64,000 nucleotides of DNA from Lama guanicoe (taxonomy: Eukaryota): NCBI GenBank assembly GCA_013239625.1, contig MU055770.1, positions 4,835,976 through 4,899,975 on the forward strand, written 5' to 3'. Shown one piece after another: positions 12,901-23,700 of the stretch. Made by a program: the position numbers and the translations under genes. The first letter of the stretch is position 1; every line of letters begins with the position of its first letter. The notes below the pieces were generated by a model that worked only from the letters and a program-made list of their open reading frames with translations, did not search any database and was not told where the DNA came from.

Positions 12901-14919
12901 TAAAATTCATATTTTTTCTGTCATTCTTATTTTTTCCCTTCATCCATCCCTCTGTTCTTTGGTGGTGAATCAGGGCTATTGCGATGAGATCTTTACAGGT
13001 CTGCTGTCCAAGGTCAGTACTGAGTAGTGGCTGCGTCACCGTATGATGAAGTCATTCATGTAACCCACTGTGTAATTTTTGATAGGGTGGCAAAAGCATG
13101 AGAATTAAGACGAACAGAGAAAGTGGAAGTGCTGTGTAAACTGCACATGTGTACGCGCACACGCTCTGGGAGGGATTCTGGGCAACGCGAAGTTCGTGGT
13201 GTGAACTGAGGTATGTCGTTGCTGTAACTACTGACAGTCCCTGCTAACGAGTAGAGGTTGGCTTAGACAGCTAGCGGGTGAGTATGAGAGCTTCCTGGTT
13301 TATCCTGACTTATTGGCGTGGATCTGTGGGCGAGTGGTGTCCCAGTGGAATGCACAATAGCGTTTGCCTTAAAGTAAACAAAGTGGATTTTTTTTTAATG
13401 TTTCTTAACAGGATACCTAGGAATGCGTGATCTTTGATAGATACTGAATTTTATTTCATTGTTAAATGAATCAAAGTGGCATAAAGTAAACTGAATACTC
13501 ATTGTTATGCATTTTATACTGTTTTAATTTGGGGGCTGGGGGCAACCTTGAAGATTGCTTGCTTTTTAAGAGTAGAGCAGTGTCCGTTGCTAGCAGATAC
13601 GGAAATGTCTTTAAGCAGCCCCCCTCAGGAAGTTGAGGATGCGAGGAGAATTGCTGTGGGAGGCATACATCAGTGTGTGTACTTCTAAAAGATCCACATC
13701 AAAATCTACTTAAAATCCATGTATGTGACTATGTAATATGTACTTATTACACCATAGCAGCCAGATTTTAAAATAGAATTATAGCTGATTTGAATTAATG
13801 TTTCTATTTAAAGACAGAAAACATTTGATAAAGTTAACGCATGTTGAGAAAAGCTACCTTATCTTGTCTGATTCTTAGTCTTTTCTAATGTTGAGTTGAA
13901 GTCAGTTAAGGCAGACTTTTGAGTAGCATATTTGAAACATACCACAGATGTGAAAGACACAGCTTATTTTGGGAATCTGAGACGCGAATTCAATTTTGAC
14001 ATCAAGTTCTGGACGTTCATAGCCTCAGGGACTGACTGACCGGCGCATGGGTGATGTTTTGATTTTAAATGAAGAGGCCATAGAAGTTCTCTGTGTGTCA
14101 GTGAGAACCCTAATTCTCAAAGGCTATAAGAAATAAAGAGTGACAACAGGCATCCTTACATAAATGAAATGCTGCTTTAGGACCAGCAGAGTCAACACAC
14201 TGGTTACCTTAAAACTTAATTCTGGTTTCACAGTCAAAGTTAAGCTGTGCCCTCTTTGGGGTGGAAGACGTAGCGTTAGGTTAATGTGTAAGCTTTATCG
14301 TCTGATGTACAAAATGACCTTCCTTGGGAGTTGGTCAAAAAGGCACTTCTGGTTTTGGATTAAATACAGTTAGAATAATCTGAGCAGGTGTAAAGAAAGG
14401 ATTACCACCTACACCCGATTTATAAAAAGATAAATAGATATGATTTTTAATTTAGGGATAGGGTCTGATATTATTAAGAGTACAGAAAGACCTAATCTAC
14501 CTTAAAAAAAAAAGATGTACAATAGGTCTACTTTATATTTTTAAGTCAGAGCTGGACACCAAAACATAAATCTAAGCTGTATGTTTATTTTGATCTAGAT
14601 AAAAAAATCTCACGCATGTTTATGCCTTATACATACACAATTAAAAATTCCATGCTGACAGCTAAGAGAATGAATCCTGTTGATCTAAAAGGAAAAACAA
14701 AGGTGAAAAGTCAGCAAGAAAATTTTGAAGAAGGTATGTGGAAGTAGTTTTAACAAGAGATCAATTATCACTGTTAAACTAAGAGATGTGTAGAAATTTT
14801 TTCCTCTGTCAAATTGGGACAGATTTTTAAAAGAAGTGATGTGCAGTGTTTTGGGGAGAGTGTGGGAGAACAGAAAGAAACAACTTAGAAACCATTGGTA
14901 AGAGTGTAAGTATAGTGTC

Positions 14920-17345
14920 TGTGGAGTAGAGGGGAGAAGGGTGATTTCCTACGTCCTCTCACGGTCCCTGGCTGGACATGCAAATTGAAGTGACAAAGAG
15001 ATTAACAGGAGAAAAGCACGCAAATTTATTTAGTAAAAGTTTTGTGTGACGTGGGAGCCTTCGTAAGGAAATGAAACGATTAGACGCGAGTGTTTTTCTG
15101 CTGGGTTGGATGGAGAATGGACAGCTGTGGAGGAAAATGATGGATTAAAGAGTATGAGATAAGTGTAGGAAGCAAAAGGAGGGGGAAGAAGAAGATTAAC
15201 GATTAGGACAAACTATGAACTTAGTTTTTCAGTCCAGAGGACAGTCAGTCAGTCATTTCTAGATGTTGGACTCAAAGAATCTTCAAATGGAGTGGGAGCA
15301 AAACGCAGCAACCTGGCAGCTTTTCTTGGTTTGTGATTTGTCGCTGGGGGCGTCATCACGTGTTCTGAAGAACTTTCTGAGGGGCCCATGTGGCAACAGG
15401 CAGGGAGGCTGTGGATATGTGAGTTATTGTAGTGATTTCTCAGAAGTTTCCATTAGGTTGTCCAGTTTCAGCTTGCAGGGCTTAGGGAAAGGTGCAGTTT
15501 TATTTCTGAGTGGTTCCAAGTCAGAAGGATGGGGGGACATTGGAAACAGTTTGGAGAATAGTTGTAGCTAGATATTGGAGGAGCCTCGAAGAATTCAGGA
15601 TCCAGTCTGGTTTTTAGGTAGATAACAAAAACTTCAAAGGCGATGAACAGAGCAAGAATTTAATTCCCACAAGAGTGTGCTATAGTTTTCCAATGAAACA
15701 TAATTTTTGTCCCTATTGACACACCCATTTCTATTGAAGATATTCTAAGTAAGACTAATCATTAAACTTGGCCTGATTATTTACATCTAGTCCGGCAAGA
15801 ACAGTGAGTGACCATATGTGCTCTTTTTAAGCATGCTTTGCTGGAACTACTAATAAAGAATCTCGGCTTAGACTTCTAAAAGATTCTTCAGATTAGGAAA
15901 CCAAGCCACAGACTCACCATCAGCTTTTGCCTGCAATACTTACAGACTTGGGTGAATTCCGCTCTTTTCGAGGTCCCCAAAATATCCTGAGATTCCTGAG
16001 TCTGCCAGAAAATGACCTTCCTTACTCACCTCTCAGGCAGTCCTGTAAGCAAGATTCCAGGCAGTTTTTTGGAAGGGAGCTTTGTGAACATTGGCTCCTT
16101 GAAGTCAACCTTAGTTCCTTAAAGCTGTCTGATCGTATCTGACTCTGTGCACATCGTTCTCAGGTAGGACATTCTGGTCAAAGCCTTGCTGATATGAACG
16201 ATGTTTACAGTTGTGTCCTGTTACAGGGAGAACAGATCCTTGTTGACTTTATGCAAATCACTACCTTGCCCTGAAAGTAAGAACACTCCCTAAATGATTT
16301 CAAATTCTGCAGGGATCAGGTAGGGAGAAGAGATAAATGCGTCAGTTCTGCTTACAAAAGTGTCATTTGCCAGATTGCTGTAAATTATCAGTAGCTTAAG
16401 AGAAAAAGACTTCCTTAAATCTAGGAAACGTAACATTAAAACACCAGCAATGCTTCAAACAAAAGTCACTGAAATTATAATCATCCACGTCAGTTCATTC
16501 AGTCCTGTGTTCTGCTCGATCTTTGGTTAGCAGTTCTGTGAATCCATCAGCTTCTTCATTAGTTCTGGAAACTCTTACACAGTCCAGTGGCGTGATCTCA
16601 AGGTTATTCAAGTGATGCTGTCACGGTGCGGTCTCACAGCAGCCGATTGATAAAACTTTCAGAGAAGAATCAGAGTAAACAATAACTGTCTGTGAATGAC
16701 AGAAGACTTACAAATAGTTCTGGTTAAAATTCTGATGAGATTTCATCTGATAAGGAAATTTAGTCATTTCTGTGGCATATAACAATTTAAGATAGTACTT
16801 GGACAACTTATTAATAGGTATCGGCAAATTTCTATGAACTTAACACAATTTCTGAACTACTTATACTAGTACAATATTATCCATATATGTACAAGCTAGG
16901 AGGGTTTATCATCACTTCGTATTTGGCTGTCCTTCCCATGTAATTTAACATACCGAATAAACCTAATTATTTAAACATTTCTCTTTTATAAGATGAGAGA
17001 CACATCCTTTGAGATTTGACAGGGACCCTCTAGGAAACCTTAAAATTATTTTGAAGTCAAAAAGACTTTGGGATTTTTATAGAAAATATCAGTTTGGACA
17101 CTTGACTAAATAGGATCACAGGTCATTATGAAATAATACTTTCCTGTTTAACCAAAGTGAAAAAAGATTTTGAAGGCACATGCAGAAGGTTACACAGTTG
17201 TGAATAAAATTATAGCTCTTTATTGAGAAGACTCAGCTTTCCCAAGTAATCAGTGACCTGTTGATGACACCGTGAAGCACAGGAAATCTTATTCTAAGAT
17301 ATAATAGCTTGATTTCCGAGGCAGGTTACTTAAAAGGTAAAGAAA
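14920..17345 (-). mobile_element. ERV1-class (MER4-group-like) element: LTR-like segment ~14920-15200 followed by non-coding internal sequence
   Basis: Motifs recalled from MER4-group elements: gagattaacaggagaaaagcacgcaaatttattt, aaacttggcctgattatttaca, ttgggtgaattccgctcttttcgaggtccccaaaatatcctgag. No intact ORFs. Confidence 0.7.
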
Positions 17346-17399
17346 CTCAGAGGAGTAGAGCTGTTTTGTAAGCTGTCATTTATTTCCGGCAGTCAGGCA

Positions 17400-17590
17400 G
17401 GCACTCTGCTGTGCTCCTCGCAGAGGCTGTATCACTCAGTCTCTCTGAGGAAGATTCTGTTACGTTCATTCCATGGATAAGCAGACAAACTTAGTGAAGC
17501 AACGTGGCCCTAGCCACACAGCTGTGAGTAACAGTGCGTGTCTCTGAACCGGTTTAACACAGGAAATAGAGTTTTTACAACCATGTTCTC
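17400..17590 (-). mobile_element. MIR SINE
   Basis: caggcactctgctgtgctc...ccattccatggataagcagacaaacttagtgaagcaacgtggccctagccacacagct-like reverse MIR layout. Confidence 0.55.
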
Positions 17591-17828
17591 TTGCCGATAT
17601 TAATGATTTGCTTATGGTCGTGGAAGACCAAATTGGAGAGCCAGGGGAGAAATGAAGGTTTTAGGATTCAAATCCATGGTTCTTTTCACCACAACATGCT
17701 ACTCCTGCCATAGGTTAATGTAGTCTCTTTCCGTGGCCCAATGTCAGGAGTACAAGGAAATTAGAGATGTTGTCACTGAAAGATCTTGAACTGCAAACTA
17801 AACAAAGATTAAGAATTGGTTTGGAGAA

Positions 17829-17939
17829 AAGAATCTGAAAAGAAAAAATATAGATGCATATATAACTGAATCACTTTGCTGTACACCTGAAGCTAACATT
17901 GTAAATCAACTACACTTCAAAAAAAATAAAATAAAGTGC
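17829..17939 (+). mobile_element. Cetartiodactyl-type L1 3' stub with TSD
   Basis: tataactgaatcactttgctgtacacctgaagctaacattgtaaatcaactacacttc followed by an A-rich tail; direct repeat tggtttggagaa at 17817-17828 and 17940-17951. Confidence 0.85.
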
Positions 17940-18110
17940 TGGTTTGGAGAATCGACATTTTTGTCAACTGAAAATAAACTTGAAAGTGCTCCTTAATATT
18001 TTGCCCCACTCGGGTAAACCTTCATTGTATTAATGCTTTTCAGCCCAGGGCCATAATGAACTCCTGCAGACTTGGCAGACTCCATCCAATGATCTTCAGA
18101 GAAGTTACAA

Positions 18111-18289
18111 TTATACTGTATAGCACAGGGAAATATATACAAGATCTTGTGGTTGCTCACAGTGAAAAAAAATGTGACAATGAATATATGTCTGTTCATG
18201 TATAACTGAAAAATTGTGCTCTACACTGGAATTTGACACAACATTGTTAAATGACTATAACTCAATAAAAAAATGTTAAAAAAAAAAAA
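18111..18289 (+). mobile_element. Young (camelid-type) L1 3' end with poly-A
   Basis: ttatactgtatagcacagggaaatatatacaagatc...ctacactggaatttgacacaacattg...caataaaaaaatgtt(A)n; reverse copy at 46647-46811; short flanking repeat aagt(t/g)aca. Confidence 0.9.
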
Positions 18290-19639
18290 GTGACACTGCC
18301 CCTGGCACTTTAGTATCAGTGCATCACCGTGGCTCATCGCCGTGGCATTCGGCCTCAGGTCGCACTGAAGTGTCGCCACAGTGGCTTGTCTTTATATGAC
18401 CCCAGTTCTGTGTGCCGCTGACACAGCCTGATTTAAGCCCCCTCTGCCACCCCTACTTACTGGTAACATACAAACTTCTAGGATCATCTGATGTGCAAAT
18501 TTAATTGCAGGTTTTATTTTCGAAGGATGATATAAGCAATATTATTCCAACAGCTCTTTGCACAGCCTTTTCTAAAACTGCTGCTCTGAAAACAGGCGTT
18601 TCATTCTGTTTATTGTAATGCTGCCTGATTTAATTTTTCAAGGCTGCTTGCTCCGCATTAGCTTGTTAAAGTATGTCTAGGGTGATTCTTTGTGGTATTT
18701 CAGAGGGTATGTGCTTTGCACTGAAACTTGGGCATTTCCCCTGATTTTTTTTTTGCTAACTTAGTACCTTTATCAGCATTTACAACTCATTTTCTGTATT
18801 TGCTGATGCTGATTTCCCCCCACCCCTTCCTTCCCCCTTCCCTTTCTTCCCAGCGCTAGAGCACATGATCATCGTTAGGAGAGGTTAAGTCATATTGTCA
18901 AGCTGATGTGATAATTCCCTGACTGTACTGCAGAGGTGAAGATACTCTGGGAGGCATTGGTACTCTTCTATTAAATGTCTTTCTTTTCAAACCAGCACTT
19001 AAGAATCCTGAAGCACCCGTGGTTTTAACAGGCTAAAGTAATCCTATCTTTTTTTTTTTTTTTTTTAGAGTTAAACTTCACATGGAAAGCACAGGTTTGG
19101 GGTAAAGCTGTTATAAGTTTAAAAAATGCTGTTTTCCAGGGAACATCTTGTCAGTTCTTTTGATATGCATTCTCCGAGCCAATTACATGGAATGCGAGCA
19201 CCATCTGAGTCAGGTGAAATGAGGAAGCTCAAAGTGAAATCTTCATCATGACAGGAAATATTGGTACCACATGCCAAAAGCTTTCATTTTCCCTGCCGCT
19301 CAGAAATTCATGGTACCTGTTGTGTTTCAGCAGCGTCCGTATTTCAGTGGGAATTTTTTTAGTAGAAATCGGAGGTTCTATCAAAATTGTTTCTTCCTTA
19401 TTTCTGAGGTGAATTTACTGATGTCCTCATAGCAACTAATACTTTCCCCTCATTTATCTTTAGGTTTTCTGACTATTTGGTCATTTCATTTTTTTCTTTC
19501 CTGAAAATTTACCGTTTTATGTTGAAAAGAGTAAAACTGCCGATTGCTGTGTTTTAGCCCAAATCCAATTAAGTAGATTTTTAATTTTTACATTTGGTTG
19601 AGGTACGCATTCTAGAATAGCCCTGAATGGGCATTTACA

Positions 19640-19790
19640 AACTGCTCTCATTGATCTCATTTTACGGGAGAGGAAATGGAGACCGAGGGAGGTTAAGTTA
19701 CTCGCCTGGGGTGCAGACCTATTGAGTGACAGACCTGGTACATAAACAGTAGCGTTCGTTTCCCAGTGCTGAGGTCGCTACACTTTCCAA
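19640..19790 (-). mobile_element. MIR SINE
   Basis: ctcattttacgggagaggaaatggagaccgagggaggttaagttactcgcctggggtgcaga. Confidence 0.75.
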
Positions 19791-20936
19791 CTTCTCTTTG
19801 GTTATAGGACACGGATAGAAATAAGAAATCACCTTTTTCCTTCCTTTTCACTGTTCTTTTTTTTTTTTTCCAAAATTTTGTTGGTTTTTGATTGAAATTG
19901 CCAAATAAGAGCATGACTTTTTGGAATTCTACAGTGATTCCTCAGTGGAAAGTGAACATTTAAAATCCATAATCAAATAAGTTTTGTGGTTCCCTAATAT
20001 ATACCCAAACGTTGCCAATTTAAGGCAAAACTACCATTTTGTTCACTTACATACTGGTACATTATTTTGAAGTTCATCTTTCTCAAATCAGCATTTTCCT
20101 ACCTTGTAATAAGAGACTTAAGCCATCTGTAGACTTAAAATTGAATTATCTCACTCTTCTAAATAACTTATGTGAAGAATGAATATTTTTGGTCTTGCTG
20201 TTTGTATTTGTTAACCCCAAGAAGCGCCCATTTATATATATATATATTTTTTTCTGTTTTTCTGTTTTCTACATTTAATCCAGTTTCTATGTCCAGACAA
20301 TAGCTCCAAACCCATGATGACTCATTTAATCTTCTTTTTTCATATGAACAAATTGGTTCTTCCTCTCATTCACATACCATGCATGTTTGCCCTTTTGTAC
20401 GCCTATTAAATGTTAATAATTTGACATGATTCTCCCCAAATATGAATTATATTGCACTCTTACTCCTTTTCCAGATGAGCTGTTAAAGCTTTGGCGTGGT
20501 CATTCTACCTGTATGGACTTAGCTAGATTAGCTTGTAAATAACTGAGATTTGACAATATACAACTTAGAGTTTAGAAACCTCTTTTGGATTCTCTCATAC
20601 TTGTAGCATCTTAGTTCCTTACTCCCATTGAAAAAAAACAGGTTTCAAGTTAGAAGGAGAAGGGTTGGCTTCGAGAAGATGCAGTAGATTGTGATTCTCA
20701 GGAGAGGAAGACCAGTTGAAGAACTGAAGTTGAGCTGCACAGGACCTGAGAGTGGAGTTCTGCCCAGGTTTCCAAGATGAATGGATTGTGACAGTGATGG
20801 TCCATTCTGCTTGACTGTCCTAAGTATGTAAACGACTTCATGTCTTTTTGTATCCAATGGGCTTACTTTGATAGGTTTTCCTAGAGCTTATCTTGTCTGC
20901 CTCTATGTTTGTGGTTACAAAGTGTGAAAAGTGGGG

Positions 20937-21492
20937 CAAGGCTGCAAGGAAAGATGTGTGTGTGTATGCAAAAGTTTCAACTCCCTTCAATAGTCTTGGG
21001 AAAATGTACAGCAAGCAAATCTGTCACCTTCCAAATACATAATATTTCTCATGGTACTTCTGGACCAACAAATACCCACAAGCCGTGCTTAGATTTGTCC
21101 CATGTCATTGGCAGCCTGAGTGTGCATATAAATGACTGTGGTTTTCGTCCATGCAGTTTTTTATTAGTATTCTGGATACGCATTAGTCATATCCCAGACC
21201 ATGCCAGATTAACCCTTTATAAAACTATCATTAACATCTTTACCAATGATTTGAAACTAAAAGATACACCAGAATTCTCTTACTGGGGACACGGGACAAA
21301 TCTAAGCAAGGCTCACAGGTATTTGTCAGCTCTCTCCCCTTTCTAAGATAGGGCATTTCCCCAGAAGCACCGTGAGAAATACTATGCATTTGGAAGCGAT
21401 CTGGTGCCGCACATTTCTCCATGACTAATACAGGAAGCTAGGAAATTGCACACACACACAAACACACACGCATACCACTGCTGACAACCTTG
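20937..21492. mobile_element. Palindromic non-autonomous hAT DNA transposon (MER103-like MITE)
   Basis: Long imperfect inverted arms at ~20997-21106 and ~21288-21421 (gcttagatttgtcccatgtc / gacacgggacaaatctaagc); termini CAAGGCTG...CAACCTTG. Family name from recalled consensus. Confidence 0.7.
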
Positions 21493-21888
21493 TCCTAGCA
21501 TGGTGTTAAATGCTCCTGTTGACTTACTGTTATGAAAGTGACCATCTTAAAAGACTACCTATTTCTAAGCAGCGACAGTTTTGGTGTTTGGCAGACCTGT
21601 GGGCCTAAGGGCTTTATCTTCAAAATGACAGGGGTTGGAGCCGGAACAGCTCGTAAGATCTCTTTTGACCCTGTAGTTCCCAGATACACTGATGTGTTGG
21701 GCTGGAACTTCTGTGATTGTGTCATTCATTTGGAAAAAGGCTTTCCCTTCTACTATCAAAGAAAGAGATTATGTTAGTACTTTCTGCTCTTCTCCCCACT
21801 GGTTTCAAGGGTTTTTTATTCTTTTCATTTCCTTGATAATACCGCCCCACTATCCTGCCCTCTTTTTTTTTTTCCCCTGATGCTCCTC

Positions 21889-22306
21889 TGTTGCAGCCTG
21901 AGCTCCTCAGGGTGCAGACTCTGAAATGGAAATTAGTGTGCTGGAAGTCTCTCAGGAATTCCCTGTGCAATGGAAGGAGACCAGTGTCGGGCAGAGGGGA
22001 CGGTGAGGCTGCCCTGTAGTCTCGACAGAGACGTGGCCCGTGGAGGTTCTAGAGCTGGGATGGTGCTCCCACTGTCTCCAGCTGGAGTGAGGGGGACACG
22101 CCTTCATGGTCCCCACTTCAGCCAGACTTTGGACGTGGGCTGTCCTGGGAGGGGAGCATGAGCTTACACGAGGAGACCGTTCGGCCAAGGCCATGTGTAC
22201 AGAGCCGGTAGCTGGGGCCGGTGTGCTGGCAGCACTACAGGAACTGGGGGATAAATCCTCCAGTCGTGAAGGGGGATCCGGGTGCCACATCACAGTTTCC
22301 ACTCCA
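21889..22306 (-). mobile_element. ERVL solo LTR (LTR33-like)
   Basis: TG...CA ends; tgaagggggatccgggtgccacatcacagtttccactcca and gttctagagctgggatgg match the recalled reverse LTR33 consensus. Confidence 0.75.
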
Positions 22307-22619
22307 TCATTTTTTGCAAGGGTGTCGGACGTTTCAGAATGGCTTGGGGGCTGGGTTAGAATTTTCAGGAATGAGAAGTTGCAGGGCAGAGTGGTCAGGA
22401 GTTTTTAAGAAATGGTAGAGAAGGAAAGTCGGTGTGGAATGGGTTCTGCCAGACAATTGAGTTCTGGCATTGATTATTGCTTTTCTAAACAAGCTTTAAA
22501 AATTCTGTCTATTTATAGTGATGCTATTCCCTTTTTAGTTGCAGAATTCTGATGGAAACTCTGGGTGCTCCTTGCAGAGAAAAGTGCGTATCTTCATGCA
22601 TATAAATTCTTTTTAGTTT

Positions 22620-23700
22620 TTATGAAACCTGTTTTTTCCATTTCCTATTGATAGGCTCTTTCCTTCCCCATCTCTTAATAATTAGGCTTTTTCTTTTTTT
22701 TAAAAAATTTTTTTTAGGCTTTTTCTTTTTTGTACCTTCATGTTAAAATATTAGTTGAGTACTAAATTTTCTGTTTAATGTATTTGTTAATGCTCAATCA
22801 CGGGAAATCATTTTCTCACACATTTTGTAAATTCTAAATTGTAAGCTCATTTCCAGTGGGCATTCTCTTTTGCTTTTGTTGTGGTTTGGTTTTCCACTGT
22901 GGAAATCCACTGTGGCCTTGTTTATGGGGTGCTACTTTAAAATGGTTTTATGTTTGTCTAGTTCAGATACTCCAGGGACATCACAAGCCCAGGACTCCCC
23001 AAGTTTTCTTAGTTTCTTAGCTTGGAGATTCTCGTACAAATAAGATTCAGACTTCAGAACCGTTAGGACACAGGCTTAGTTAGGGTTTTAATTTTCGGTT
23101 GTAAGCATTCCCCTGCCCTCTCACCCAGATTCTCAGAGACGAGCTCCACTGAACTCTTACTAAGACAGTGGGTGGATTTGTTCTGTCCCCCTTTTAACTG
23201 TGATTGCAGCTTTGACGACAGCCAGTTTTATCAAAGGACCTCAGTACTGACTTTATACCTTGCGTGCCCAAGACCTATCCTATCCAATCTGTCTCTCCCC
23301 GGGCACCAGGGCTGCTGCCTACGGTTGGGCAGGTTCTATCCTGTGTTGAAGGTGATCGGGGCCAGAAATCTAGCCTAACTCTGCTCTCCTGAGAGAGAAC
23401 TTTCTTCTGAGCTCATTCCTTGAGGGGGCACCTCCTTACCAATTTCAATTAGATCTAAGCGCTAAAGAGACTCCAGTGATTATTCCTGGCGGCCACAGCT
23501 GGCAGTATTTCCTTTTGTGCTTGCCCCTCTGGCCATCAGTTCTGCCTTTGGTTTGGCACCAGAGGGATTTTCCTTTATTGCAGCTTAGAAACTTTTCAAT
23601 GTGTTTATGGTGGAAAGTCTTCTGCACTAACTCAGCTGGCTGTATTGCTGTACCTAGAATTCCCACAAGTTACTTATTAATCTCTATTCCTCGGCTATCC
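22620..23700 (-). mobile_element. Ancient L1M 5'-region fragments
   Basis: T-rich, degenerate similarity to old L1 5'UTR/ORF1 antisense; boundaries approximate. Confidence 0.35.

Noticed and set aside
20650-20830. Purine-rich, exon-like stretch (possible processed pseudogene or cryptic exon)
   Set aside because: The frame I translated hits a stop, there is no recognisable protein similarity, and I saw no convincing splice sites, poly-A or TSD.
20909-21346. 145-aa ORF, the longest N-free ORF in the track, with a similar peptide on the opposite strand
   Set aside because: GTG start, lies in a palindromic MITE, and the peptide similarity is only the inverted repeat; no recognisable domain.
21952-22418. 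Four overlapping ORFs of 63-116 aa
   Set aside because: A by-product of the GC-rich LTR33-like sequence, which has few stop codons.
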